Assembly (NCBI GenBank): GCA_965208835.1
Contig: OZ242358.1
Location: 832,001 to 896,000, forward strand
Origin: Candidatus Latescibacterota bacterium
Lineage (GTDB): Bacteria; Latescibacterota; UBA2968; GCA-2709665
Direction of reading: 5' to 3'
DNA length: 64,000 nt
Shown here piece by piece: positions 28,744-39,609 of the stretch. Positions within the stretch are counted from its first letter, which is position 1, and each line of letters opens with the position of its first letter. A model generated the notes under the pieces. The model did not search any database, was not told the origin of the DNA, and saw only the letters and a list, made by a program, of their open reading frames with translations. The translations under genes were made by a program, and so were the position numbers.

Positions 28744-29541
28744 ATGGCGGCAAGCGAACCGACGGTACAGAGACTGTTCGATTTGAGTGGAAAGGTGGCG
28801 CTGGTGACCGGAGGTACGGGGTTCCTTGGGACGGCGTTCGCCACTGCGCTGGCCGAGGCGGGGGCCAGGGTCGTCATCAGCAGCAGGGAGCGCAGCCGCG
28901 CCGAGGCGGCGGTCGCGAAGTTGCCCGGCGACGCCGCGCACGTGGGTGTGCGGCTGGACCATATGGATGGGGGGTCCATCGAGGCCGGTTTTGTCGATGC
29001 GGTGGAAGCAGCCGGACAGATCGACGTTCTGGTCAACAACGGGAACGAGGGCGTGCTGAACGACTGGACGGACGTGACCCACGAGCAGTTCGCGTGGCAG
29101 CAGGGGAACGTGGCCGGATATTTCACGCTTGCCCGGCTGGTGCGCAATGACGCCGTGGAACGCGGCGCGCCCGCGAGCGTTGTCATGCTGGGTTCCATGT
29201 ACGGACAGGTGGCGTCCTATCCGGATGCGTACGCGGGGGTGTGTCCGGCCAGCCCCGCGGCATATCACGCGCTGAAAGGCGGTATCATCCACGTGACGCG
29301 CCACCTGGCGGTCTACTGGGCGGCGGATCGGGTGAGGGTGAACTGTCTGAGCCCGGGGCCCTTTCCCAACATGAGCACGGCACCCACCGAAATGGTGGAC
29401 CGGCTGTGTACGAAGAGTCCGATGGGACGTATGGGAGAGCCGCACGAACTGAAGGGGGCGATCGTGTTTCTCGCCAGCGATGCAAGCAGCTACATGACCG
29501 GGCAGAATATGACCATTGACGGTGGATGGACCGCGTGGTAG
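28744..29541 (+). CDS. SDR-family oxidoreductase
   Basis: TGGTGFLG, YHALK (YxxxK), RVNCLSPG and IDGGW motifs; RBS AAGGAG. Confidence 0.93.
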   Translation: MAASEPTVQRLFDLSGKVALVTGGTGFLGTAFATALAEAGARVVISSRERSRAEAAVAKLPGDAAHVGVRLDHMDGGSIEAGFVDAVEAAGQIDVLVNNGNEGVLNDWTDVTHEQFAWQQGNVAGYFTLARLVRNDAVERGAPASVVMLGSMYGQVASYPDAYAGVCPASPAAYHALKGGIIHVTRHLAVYWAADRVRVNCLSPGPFPNMSTAPTEMVDRLCTKSPMGRMGEPHELKGAIVFLASDASSYMTGQNMTIDGGWTAW

Positions 29542-29607
29542 AAGGGCGATCCACGGCGCGTGGCGCGTCATCTTCGCGGTGACCCTGACCTATCGGGAGG
29601 ACAGGAG

Positions 29608-30960
29608 ATGGGTGCAAAGGAAGAATTGCATGCGACACATTCGGTTGCGCGTTCGATGGCCGTGTATGAACGCGCCCAGGCGGTGATACCGGGCGTGACG
29701 CAGTTGCTCAGCCGCCGTCCCACGCAGGCGGCGCTGGGCGTGAGCCCGGTTTATGCCGCGAGGGCCAAGGGTTGCCGGATATGGGACGTCGACGGCAACG
29801 AGTACGTCGACTGGATGAGTGGTGTGGGTCCGATCATATTGGGATACGCCGATGAGGTCGTCGACGCGGCCGTCAGGCAGCAGATCGAAAGAGGCGGTAT
29901 CTGCAGCATTGTTCACGAAAGCGCCGTGGAACTGGCGGAAGAACTGGTCCGCCTGATTCCCTCGGCGGAGATGGTGCGTTACGCGAAGGGCGGAGGCGAG
30001 GCCTGTACCGTGGCGGTACGGATTGCGCGGGGGGTGACGGGGAAGGACCGGGTGCTGTTTTGCGGTTACCACGGATGGCACGACTGGTACCTGGCCGCGA
30101 ATCTGGGAGAGGAGCGGCTCGACGGTCACCTCAGGCCGGGAATCGAGCCGATCGGCGTGCCGGGAGTGCTGGAAGGAACGACGATACCGTTCGAGTACGG
30201 CGATCTGCAGATGCTGGAGGATCTGCTCAAGGCGAACCGGAACGAAGTGGCCTGCATCATTATGGAGCCGATGCGCACGGAGTTGCCGCCACCGGGATAT
30301 CTGGAGGGGGTGCGCGCGCTGGCGACGAAGTATGGCGTGGTACTTATTTTCGACGAAGTGTCCTGCGGTTTCCGGATTTCGCTGGGCGGTGTACAGGAGT
30401 ACACGGGCGTGGTGCCCGATGTGTCCGTATTCGCGAAAGCGATCTCGAACGGGTATCCGATGGCTGCCGTTGTTGGCAAACGGGAGGTGATGGCGCCGGT
30501 TTCGCGTATGTTCATTTCGAGCGCCTACTGGGACGACCCGATCGGAACCGTAGCCGCGTTGACCACAGTCAGGGAACTGGAACGGCGGGACGCCGTGAGC
30601 CATTTCGAACGGATCGGGGCGTCGTTCAAGGAGAGGATCAACCGGGCGGCGGGGGATGTGGGTGTGGACGCCGAATGCGTGGGGGTTGCGGCCCATCCGG
30701 GCATCCGCTTTCACGTTGACGACCCTGAGACCGCCAGAAAGGTGACCACGCTCTTCATTCAGGAGAACGCGAAACGCGGCCTGATCCTGTCAACCGGCTT
30801 CTTTTTCAACTGCGCGCACGACGATGCGGCGCTGAACCACACCGAGGCGGCGGTGAGGGAAAGTTTCGCGGTGATCAGGGATGGACTGGAGAACCGGCGG
30901 CTGGATGCGTTGCTGCATTGCGAGATGCGCGAGGACCTGTTCAGACGCCTGGTGAGATGA
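29608..30960 (+). CDS. Class III PLP aminotransferase (glutamate-1-semialdehyde aminomutase-like)
   Basis: WDVDGNEYVD, GYHGWHDW, LIFDEVSCGFR and FAKAISNG motifs. Confidence 0.9.
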   Translation: MGAKEELHATHSVARSMAVYERAQAVIPGVTQLLSRRPTQAALGVSPVYAARAKGCRIWDVDGNEYVDWMSGVGPIILGYADEVVDAAVRQQIERGGICSIVHESAVELAEELVRLIPSAEMVRYAKGGGEACTVAVRIARGVTGKDRVLFCGYHGWHDWYLAANLGEERLDGHLRPGIEPIGVPGVLEGTTIPFEYGDLQMLEDLLKANRNEVACIIMEPMRTELPPPGYLEGVRALATKYGVVLIFDEVSCGFRISLGGVQEYTGVVPDVSVFAKAISNGYPMAAVVGKREVMAPVSRMFISSAYWDDPIGTVAALTTVRELERRDAVSHFERIGASFKERINRAAGDVGVDAECVGVAAHPGIRFHVDDPETARKVTTLFIQENAKRGLILSTGFFFNCAHDDAALNHTEAAVRESFAVIRDGLENRRLDALLHCEMREDLFRRLVR

Positions 30961-31009
30961 CGTCCGCACGGACGTCCCGCGGCAACTTGCGCGGTGAAGA
31001 TCTTCCGCT

Positions 31010-32614
<1,605 letters not shown>

Positions 32615-32734
32615 TTAATCAGTGCTTCGGTCGGTGACGGGACGATTCTGAGGTCGCCCCCTTCATTGTTTCAGATGGGTGCTCCGCGTGGATCTGTTGT
32701 CGTTATCACGCCCATTCGTTGGCAAACCTCCTTA

Positions 32735-32922
32735 GAAGCTGTCGTAAAATTCCCAGCGGTCTTCGCGCGCCTGCAAAAGAGCCGGTCGGCGTTGGCCAAA
32801 CCCGCCCGTATCCAATGTATCGAGGCTGCGCGCCCCTCGCCTCTCTTAGGCGGGTTTTCCCGCCTTGACCGCCACTTTTTCGCTCGCGCTCGGGAACTCA
32901 CCGGTAATTTTAAAACAGCTTC
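32735..32922 (-). mobile_element. MITE, full copy 2 (inverted relative to copy 1)
   Basis: GAAGCTGTCGTAAAATT...AATTTTAAAACAGCTTC flanked by TTA on both sides; interior aligns with the reverse complement of 3585..3769. Confidence 0.85.
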
Positions 32923-33075
32923 TTAGCAGTAACCTTCACAGATCTCGATCCGGTGTTCGAATTGATGTTCTCGCGGACGAAATATCATTTATCAAATCAC
33001 CGCGACTGCCGCAAGTGTGTGCAAAATACAGCTAAAAAATAGCTATTTAAAGATTATATATTATATAATTTTCAT

Positions 33076-33116
33076 TTGACAAATAGCCGATATTTCATTA
33101 TTATACTTTGTATAAT
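33076..33116 (+). promoter_or_regulatory. Sigma70 promoter with a palindromic operator
   Basis: TTGACA-17 bp-TATTAT, overlapped by the perfect inverted repeat ATTATAC-ttt-GTATAAT (33100..33116). Confidence 0.65.
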
Positions 33117-33145
33117 GTTCTGCCGGCCAAAAGGGGGATGGATTG

Positions 33146-33358
33146 ATGCGTACCAAGAGGACGATGACACTCAACCTCACAGACGCTGAGATGGGGGTGC
33201 TGGAGGCGCTGAGCGAGAAGAAGGACTTAAGCAAGACAGCACTTTTGCGTCAGGCGCTGCGTATATATCAGTTGATTGAAGCAAGGCTTGAGTGTGGCGA
33301 AAAGCTGTTCTTCGAGGATGAACAAACCGAAAAGAAGGCCGAGGTCATGTTGGTATGA
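33146..33358 (+). CDS. Ribbon-helix-helix (CopG-like) regulator or antitoxin
   Basis: RTMTLNLTDAEMGVLEALSEKKDLSKTALLRQAL is a typical RHH pattern. Confidence 0.8.
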   Translation: MRTKRTMTLNLTDAEMGVLEALSEKKDLSKTALLRQALRIYQLIEARLECGEKLFFEDEQTEKKAEVMLV

Positions 33359-33990
33359 CAGTACCGGTTTCGGTTGTCCATCTCTTGAACGTGTCGACGG
33401 GTGAATCAGAAGCAGCCAAACTCACGCACGCCATTACGGAACAACACCTTGCAGATTGGGAGGGCGAGTGGCTGCCGGCGTTGTTCATCGCGATACAGCG
33501 CCTAAAACGTGACGGGATCGCGAGGCGGCATTGGCCGCAAAGCCGCCATTGGAATTGGCGGAACAAGGTAAACGCGCTTCAGGGATTGCTGGCCAATCCG
33601 GGATTCGCCATTGTCTGTGATGGGCTGACGCAGGGCATGATGATTGTTGACACGGCGACGCGCAGATGCGGGATTGATGGCCAGAAAGGACAACATCTCG
33701 TGTACGTAAAGTACGTAGAGAACGCGCCCTGGAACCGCCCCGAGTTGTTCACCCCGCCACGATACCGTGGCGTAGGTAGTATTCTCATCAGGGCTGCTGT
33801 AGCACTGAGCGAGGAGCTGGAGTTCCGTGGGCGCATCGGGCTCCATTCGCTGCCACAGGCGAATAGCTTTTATGCCAATACCTGTGGCATGACCGATCTT
33901 GGGACCGATCCCAAACAGGAGAATCTGCGTTACTACGAGATGACGCCTGAACAGGCCAGGGCTTTCGTCACGAGGGGGAAGAGGCCATGA
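33355..33990 (+). CDS. GNAT-family acetyltransferase (toxin-like)
   Basis: LVYVKYVENAPWN, RYRGVGSILI acetyl-CoA motif, GLHSLPQANSFY; ATGA overlap with the RHH gene. Confidence 0.85.
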   Translation: MTVPVSVVHLLNVSTGESEAAKLTHAITEQHLADWEGEWLPALFIAIQRLKRDGIARRHWPQSRHWNWRNKVNALQGLLANPGFAIVCDGLTQGMMIVDTATRRCGIDGQKGQHLVYVKYVENAPWNRPELFTPPRYRGVGSILIRAAVALSEELEFRGRIGLHSLPQANSFYANTCGMTDLGTDPKQENLRYYEMTPEQARAFVTRGKRP

Positions 33991-34469
33991 AAGTAAGAAT
34001 CAGTAAGGAGTGGTGCATGTGGATGGCAAAGCTGGAGGGCGACAGCGAAATCGGAGCCGGTCACTTGGCGATTGATCCGGCGTTTGACGATGAGACTGCC
34101 CCGTCACTCGATCGAGAAGGCGAACCGAACATCGCCTTCGGACGTTTAATCAACCTTATGCGCAGACAGCGAAGGATCAGCCTTGAGCAGCTTGCCGCAG
34201 ACGCGGATGTGACTCCAACCGAACTTGCCGGAATTGAAAGCGACATGCACTATAGACCTGCGCTTCGTACGACCTATCAGCTTGCCAACTTCTTCCATAT
34301 GCCACGAACCGGTTTCCTGGAGTTGGCTGGATTAACCGATCAGAAGAATGCACGGCTGGCAGAAGGTGCAGTTCGCTATGCAGTCCCTGCGGAGTCGACA
34401 GCGGAACTAACTCCTGAAGAGACCGCGGATCTGGAAGCGTTTGTTGCTGTTCTCAGCAAGCAGAAGTAG
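33987..34469 (+). CDS. XRE-family HTH regulator
   Basis: FGRLINLMRRQRRISLEQLAADADV...LAGIES...P...TYQLANFF; ATGA overlap with the GNAT gene. Confidence 0.8.
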   Translation: MKVRISKEWCMWMAKLEGDSEIGAGHLAIDPAFDDETAPSLDREGEPNIAFGRLINLMRRQRRISLEQLAADADVTPTELAGIESDMHYRPALRTTYQLANFFHMPRTGFLELAGLTDQKNARLAEGAVRYAVPAESTAELTPEETADLEAFVAVLSKQK

Positions 34470-34551
34470 CGGGAACGAGCCAAGTGTGGCGAGAAGTCGC
34501 ATAATTGCTGCAAAGACGGCCGATGATATTGACATGTGTGTCGAGCGTGAT

Positions 34552-35643
34552 TTACTGTGTACGCTCCCGCTCTTTCAGATGGATGCTTCCGTTCATGCTC
34601 CGCAGCTTGACTACGACGTCGCTGCCGCTGCCGATGACTCCCTTAACGCGTTTCCTGCCTTTGCGCTCTGCGGCCACGGGAAAATCGCATCGGACGCGTC
34701 CATTGTTCGTTTTGGCGTCGATCCGGCCTGAAAAATCTGAACCAAGCGTCATTTTTACGGCGCCGTTGTTGGTCCTGGCGGTCGCCGAAGCCGCGCATTG
34801 GTCCACGTCCAGGTCAATCGATCCATTGGTGGTATGAAAGGTCGCCGCGTTGACGAGTCGTCCGATTTCCGCCCTGATCTTCCCGTTGACGGTTTGTGCT
34901 TTGAAGGGACCGGTATCGCCCTCCATTGCCACGACGCCGTTTACGCTTTCGGCGTCGATCGCGCCGTCGATTCCCTGAACGCTGATCTTGCCGTTCACGG
35001 TGTGTGGACGCACAGCCATGGCACGCGGCGTTTCGATTTCGTAGTGAACAGCGAGATTCACGCCGCCGGGCGGACTGGGATGCTCGGCGAAGACGCGGAG
35101 AACATCGCCCGCCTGCTCGGCGCGCACCTCGACTTCGCGGTCGAACGCATCCCTTAAGGCGCGTTGTCCGTGAACTGATTTCCAGGCACGGACGACGATC
35201 TTGTCGCCATCGGCGCTTTTGATCGAGATCGAGCCGTTGACGGTCCTGGCGTCGATCGTCGCAATGCCGGCCGCATCGAACGTCCATTCCTGCTGTTTCC
35301 CTGCCCGGCGTCGTCCCGCGCCCCTTTCCCATGCATCGGATGTATCGGCGATGGAGGAAGTCGCCTGATTGACTGCCTCGTTCACCATCTTCCCGATGTC
35401 CTGCCAGCGGACCGAGTCCATCGCTTTGGCTACCTCGTTCTCGATCTCTTTTCCGACTTCGCTGAAGACCTCCGTGAATCTGTCGTAGGGCCTTTTGCCC
35501 TTCTCACGCCGGCCCTCCTCGGATTCAGTTTCCTCGTCCGGGCCGGATGGCTCGTCGAGCGCACGCAATAACAATTCGGCCTCTTCGGGGTTGATCTTCC
35601 CTTCGGAGAGCATTTTGAGAATTTCCAGTCTTTCCGTACTCAT
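34552..35643 (-). CDS. DUF4097 beta-strand-repeat protein with N-terminal SHOCT-like domain
   Basis: ERLEILKMLSEGKINPEEAELLL followed by repeated TVNG/TTNG.I motifs. Confidence 0.85.
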   Translation of the reverse strand: MSTERLEILKMLSEGKINPEEAELLLRALDEPSGPDEETESEEGRREKGKRPYDRFTEVFSEVGKEIENEVAKAMDSVRWQDIGKMVNEAVNQATSSIADTSDAWERGAGRRRAGKQQEWTFDAAGIATIDARTVNGSISIKSADGDKIVVRAWKSVHGQRALRDAFDREVEVRAEQAGDVLRVFAEHPSPPGGVNLAVHYEIETPRAMAVRPHTVNGKISVQGIDGAIDAESVNGVVAMEGDTGPFKAQTVNGKIRAEIGRLVNAATFHTTNGSIDLDVDQCAASATARTNNGAVKMTLGSDFSGRIDAKTNNGRVRCDFPVAAERKGRKRVKGVIGSGSDVVVKLRSMNGSIHLKERERTQ

Positions 35644-35645
35644 CG

Positions 35646-36035
35646 CTATTTCCTCCCAAGTTGCTTGATCAGTTCGGCTGCTTCCGTTGCTGAAATCTCA
35701 CCATTGTCGAGCTGCTTCAGGATATCGCCGCGCTTCTCCGCCCGATCGTCCACCGGGGTCGGCTCCGCCCCCACATCGTAGCCAAGCTCGGCGATGACCG
35801 CATTCAGGCGGTTGCGAACCGTGGGATAGGAAATGCCCAGTTCGCGTTCCATTTCCTTGATATTGCCCCGGTTTTTGACGAAAATCTCGATAAAGTCGAG
35901 GCTTTGCTGTTGCAGACGACAAAAGGGGCACGTCGAATACTGGCTTTCGATTCTCGTGTGGCAGGCGTGACACTGTAATCCCGATATCGTCAGTTCGCCG
36001 CCGCACGTCGGACATCCTTCCAGTACTTTCCGCAC
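35646..36035 (-). CDS. DUF2089-family protein (Zn-ribbon, HTH, SHOCT)
   Basis: CPTCG...CHAC, GNIKEMERELGISYPTVRNRL and GEISATEA motifs. Confidence 0.9.
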   Translation of the reverse strand: MRKVLEGCPTCGGELTISGLQCHACHTRIESQYSTCPFCRLQQQSLDFIEIFVKNRGNIKEMERELGISYPTVRNRLNAVIAELGYDVGAEPTPVDDRAEKRGDILKQLDNGEISATEAAELIKQLGRK

Positions 36036-36415
36036 GGTTGAGTTACTCCTTTATGAGTTAGCGCCGCTGATGTGAGCAGCGCGATCAGGCGCTGGGGCCG
36101 TGTAGTTCATCGAACGCGCTTGCGCCCGTTGGGGGCCCGGGGTATCTTGGACTCCTGCGTACCGCATGCACGAGGGAGACCGGACGAACGCCCTCCGTTC
36201 CCACACGAGGGTCTGGCCACGCGAACCCTTGCTGAGCAATTGAATGGCTACGGAAAAAGGATACCATGATAAAATTAAATTGTCAACATATAATTACAAA
36301 TTTATTGATAAATACGTAATAAAAATTAACAATTATAAAATATAAATGAAATATTTAATCTGCGCGTTTTGATTTGCGACGCATCTTGACCCGTGACTCA
36401 CCAAGGGGCGGAAGG

Positions 36416-37597
36416 GTGAAACCATCGGGCGATCTTGAATACGCGATGTTCTCGCGGCAGGAGATGGACCGGCGGTATGCCCGCGCGCGTGAGGAGATGG
36501 ACCGGCGCGGAATGGACGCGCTGTTCGTCACCGGCGAGGAGAACTTTCAGTATTTCGCCGGCACGGCGGCGAGCGCCGCTCTCCACGCGTCTCTGACCCG
36601 GCCGTCGGTCTTCATCCTGCCTCTGGAGGGAGAGCCGATCGTTGTCACGCAGGGCCGGGACAACCTGGCGCTGGGTTCCTACGTGACCGATGTGCGCGGG
36701 TACACCGACCTGTTCGGGTTTCCACATACCGTCGCGATCCAGGCGCTTCGTGACGCGGGGGCGGCCGCGGGGTCCGTGGGCGTGGAGTTGGGGCTGGAAC
36801 AGCGCTTGGGAATCCCTGCAGGCGCGTATCAGGACCTGACTTCGGCCTTGCCTGACGTCGCTTTCGTGGACGCCGCAGAAGTCATCGTGAAGTTGCGGAT
36901 GGTAAAGTCGAGCGAAGAAACCGCGTATATCCGTCAGGCGGGAGAAGTGACGGCAAGAGCCCGCCAGAGGCTGTTCGGGATGCTTCGACCGGGCATGACG
37001 GAACGTGAGACCGCGCGCCTTTTGCGGCGGCTGATTCTGGAAGAGCGCGGCGACGGGACGTCGTTCGTCATGCTGCTCCTGGGAGTCCCGGGATCGCGGA
37101 ACCCGTTCGCTTACGACAGGCCGCTGGAAGCAGGCCAGGTTGTGGGTGTGGATACCGGCGCCCGCGTGGGCATGTATACGATCGACTATACGCGGTGGGG
37201 TGTCCTGGGCACCGCGACGGATGCGCTGAGACGCTTGTATGACGCGCTTCTGGAGTTGAACCGAAGGATGGCCGCGGCTCTGGGTCCCGGGGTGCCGTGT
37301 TCCGAGATCTATCACGTCGGGAACGACGCGATCGACAAAACCTGTTCGCGGATGGAAGGGCTGGAGCGATTCGGACCTTCCCGTATGGGACACGGGCAGG
37401 GCATGCTGATTACCGAACCGCCGAGCATTCATCCTGATGATGAGACGCCACTGGCGCCGGGGATGGTCCTCAGCGCCGAGCCCGGATTGGCCGCGGAAGG
37501 CGTTCAGATGCTATGGGAGGATGTCTTCGTGATCACGGACAACGGAAGCGTGCAGATCACCGCAGAGAGCGATAAACTTCACGAGGTTCTGTATTGA
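36416..37597 (+). CDS. M24-family Xaa-Pro peptidase/creatinase-like protein
   Basis: LRMVKSSEE, D.G....D.TR, GHGQG, EPG and ED motifs. Start uncertain. Confidence 0.88.
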   Translation: MKPSGDLEYAMFSRQEMDRRYARAREEMDRRGMDALFVTGEENFQYFAGTAASAALHASLTRPSVFILPLEGEPIVVTQGRDNLALGSYVTDVRGYTDLFGFPHTVAIQALRDAGAAAGSVGVELGLEQRLGIPAGAYQDLTSALPDVAFVDAAEVIVKLRMVKSSEETAYIRQAGEVTARARQRLFGMLRPGMTERETARLLRRLILEERGDGTSFVMLLLGVPGSRNPFAYDRPLEAGQVVGVDTGARVGMYTIDYTRWGVLGTATDALRRLYDALLELNRRMAAALGPGVPCSEIYHVGNDAIDKTCSRMEGLERFGPSRMGHGQGMLITEPPSIHPDDETPLAPGMVLSAEPGLAAEGVQMLWEDVFVITDNGSVQITAESDKLHEVLY

Positions 37598-38155
37598 ACG
37601 GCCGTTGTCTGTTGATATTCCTGACGCGATGGCTTAGAATCTGGCTAACAGCTAACAGCTAACACCCAAAGGCGGGACCTCTCCCCCCGGCCCCCTCTCC
37701 TAAAGGAAAGGGGGAGAAAAGTCAGAAAAGCGGCCTCACACGAAGACACAAAGAAAAGCAGTCAACGTTCAACAAGAGCCGGTACGAACGCGAATCCCAG
37801 CCGGGATCCTTGCCTTAAAGACTCACGACCGTCCGGTGGTGGAGCGGGGGGTTTTCCCACGCTATTCCGTTCAGCACCATCGCGACGTGTGTCCCATTGC
37901 GGTCGCAGGACGCAGTCGCCAGTCTATGCCACTGAGGGAATTCGTGGAAAAACCGGCCCCCCGCCGAGGGGCGCCGTTCTTTTTGGCCCTTTTTCTTTGG
38001 CGAGAAAGAAAAAGGGCATAAAAAATTAAAAAACAATATGTTGTAAAGAAAACACTAGGTGGTAAAGGTGAAAAAGCCTGTTATTATATGTCCCAGGCGA
38101 CATCAGATTTAGGTGCGGATTTTGCGTCACATTAATAAATAAAAGGACTGAATTA

Positions 38156-39196
38156 ATGCCAGATGCCGCGTGGGCAAGCGTGATCGAAGACGATCGCAGG
38201 ATCCGAATCGAAACCGCCGAACTCGAAGCCGCGATTCCGAAGCGAAACCCGAAGCAATGGATGACGGGGATCGAAAAGGGATCGTTCGTCGACAGGAAGA
38301 CCGGCTTCCGGGAGGCGGGCGACGGCCTGATGGTTGTCGACTGGCTGATGGAGGCGGGCAGCGACGAATCGTACAGCGGTAGCGTGATTGCGGATGACGG
38401 ACACGGTGTGGGGCGATACCGCTGGCATGAGAACGAGCCTGACCCCGGGAGCAGGGAATACGCCATCCTGTCGCACGGAAGCAGTCATCGGAAGCGAATG
38501 ATCGAGGGTCCGCAGCTCTGCCACAGGATGAAGCCCGTGCAGCCGGATGTGACTCGCGGGAAGGACTTTATCGCCGTGAGGACCCGGTACCGTTTCGAGT
38601 ACTCGGCGCCGGGCCGAAACACGGGGTCCTGGTGGACGCAGTTGATCGTGTTTCCCAAAGGCGAGCGGTATTTCGTGTTGATGGACAGGATCGACAGCGT
38701 GAACGACTCTCCGGAGATGTTTCTCAGGAACGACACACCGGGCTGCGTCCGGCATAGAAGGGGCGATACGTTCAGCGAAATCTATCTCAGCTATCTGAGC
38801 GGACCCCATGGCCTGCGCATACCGTCGAGTGAATTCTTCGAACCATTCCCGCCGGACCGGAAGTATGGATATCGCCGCGACCTGAACAGAACGCCCGAAC
38901 ATTTCATCCGGGCGTACCGCCTGCGGGATCCTGAAACGGGCGCCGACGGTCCCTGGCTCGGCGGCATTACGCTCGATCCCTCCGTCGTCTACGAGGCCTG
39001 GTGCAGCCAGCGGCCGGGAGATATCATCGTGATGATCCTTGAAATGCATGGCTTGCCCGTAAAAGCCGGCGATACGTTCAGCGCGGCGCACATCGTGGGC
39101 TACTTTGACAGCATCGATGAAATGCACGCGGTGTACCATCGCTACAGGGGGCACAGGAAGCTGGCGGTCGACGCATCGGGCTGGGCGCTGAGTTAA
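38156..39196 (+). CDS. Hypothetical protein
   Basis: 346-aa ORF with RBS AAGGA and host-like codon usage; no recognised motif. Confidence 0.7.
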   Translation: MPDAAWASVIEDDRRIRIETAELEAAIPKRNPKQWMTGIEKGSFVDRKTGFREAGDGLMVVDWLMEAGSDESYSGSVIADDGHGVGRYRWHENEPDPGSREYAILSHGSSHRKRMIEGPQLCHRMKPVQPDVTRGKDFIAVRTRYRFEYSAPGRNTGSWWTQLIVFPKGERYFVLMDRIDSVNDSPEMFLRNDTPGCVRHRRGDTFSEIYLSYLSGPHGLRIPSSEFFEPFPPDRKYGYRRDLNRTPEHFIRAYRLRDPETGADGPWLGGITLDPSVVYEAWCSQRPGDIIVMILEMHGLPVKAGDTFSAAHIVGYFDSIDEMHAVYHRYRGHRKLAVDASGWALS

Positions 39197-39258
39197 CCTC
39201 TCTTGTTCAAAACCCCAAACTTACATGGATGGACAGGATAGGCAGGATAAATGCAAAA

Positions 39259-39390
39259 AACGACCAGGATTAACAGGATTAAAAGCCAGGAGCAGGATCA
39301 GAACCGATCAGGATTGACGGGATTAGAGACCGAGAGCAGTATCAAGAACGACCGGGATAAACAGAAATAGAAATAAGGAGCACGATCATT
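39259..39390. repeat. Three degenerate ~44-bp tandem units
   Basis: Units start AACGACCAGGATTAACAGGATT, AACCGATCAGGATTGACGGGATT and AACGACCGGGATAAACAGAAAT, and each ends GAGCA..ATCA. Confidence 0.55.
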
Positions 39391-39609
39391 ACCTGATCCG
39401 GAAAAAAGGCCAGGAACAGGACACGTGCTCACTTATCCGGACCAAAGCGATGAGTCATCAGCTCTGTTAACCGCGCAACATCACAATGAAGCATCAGATT
39501 CCGCATTTCAACAGATGACGTCGCAAAGGACTTCGCCGGGATTATCGAAATAAAACCGGCTATACGGAAAATCGCGGCTGCGTCGAATCTCTATCCGGGA
39601 GAAACCGAT

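Noticed and set aside
39259-39390. CRISPR array
   Set aside because: Units are degenerate over their whole length, with no identical repeats, no unique spacers and no cas genes.
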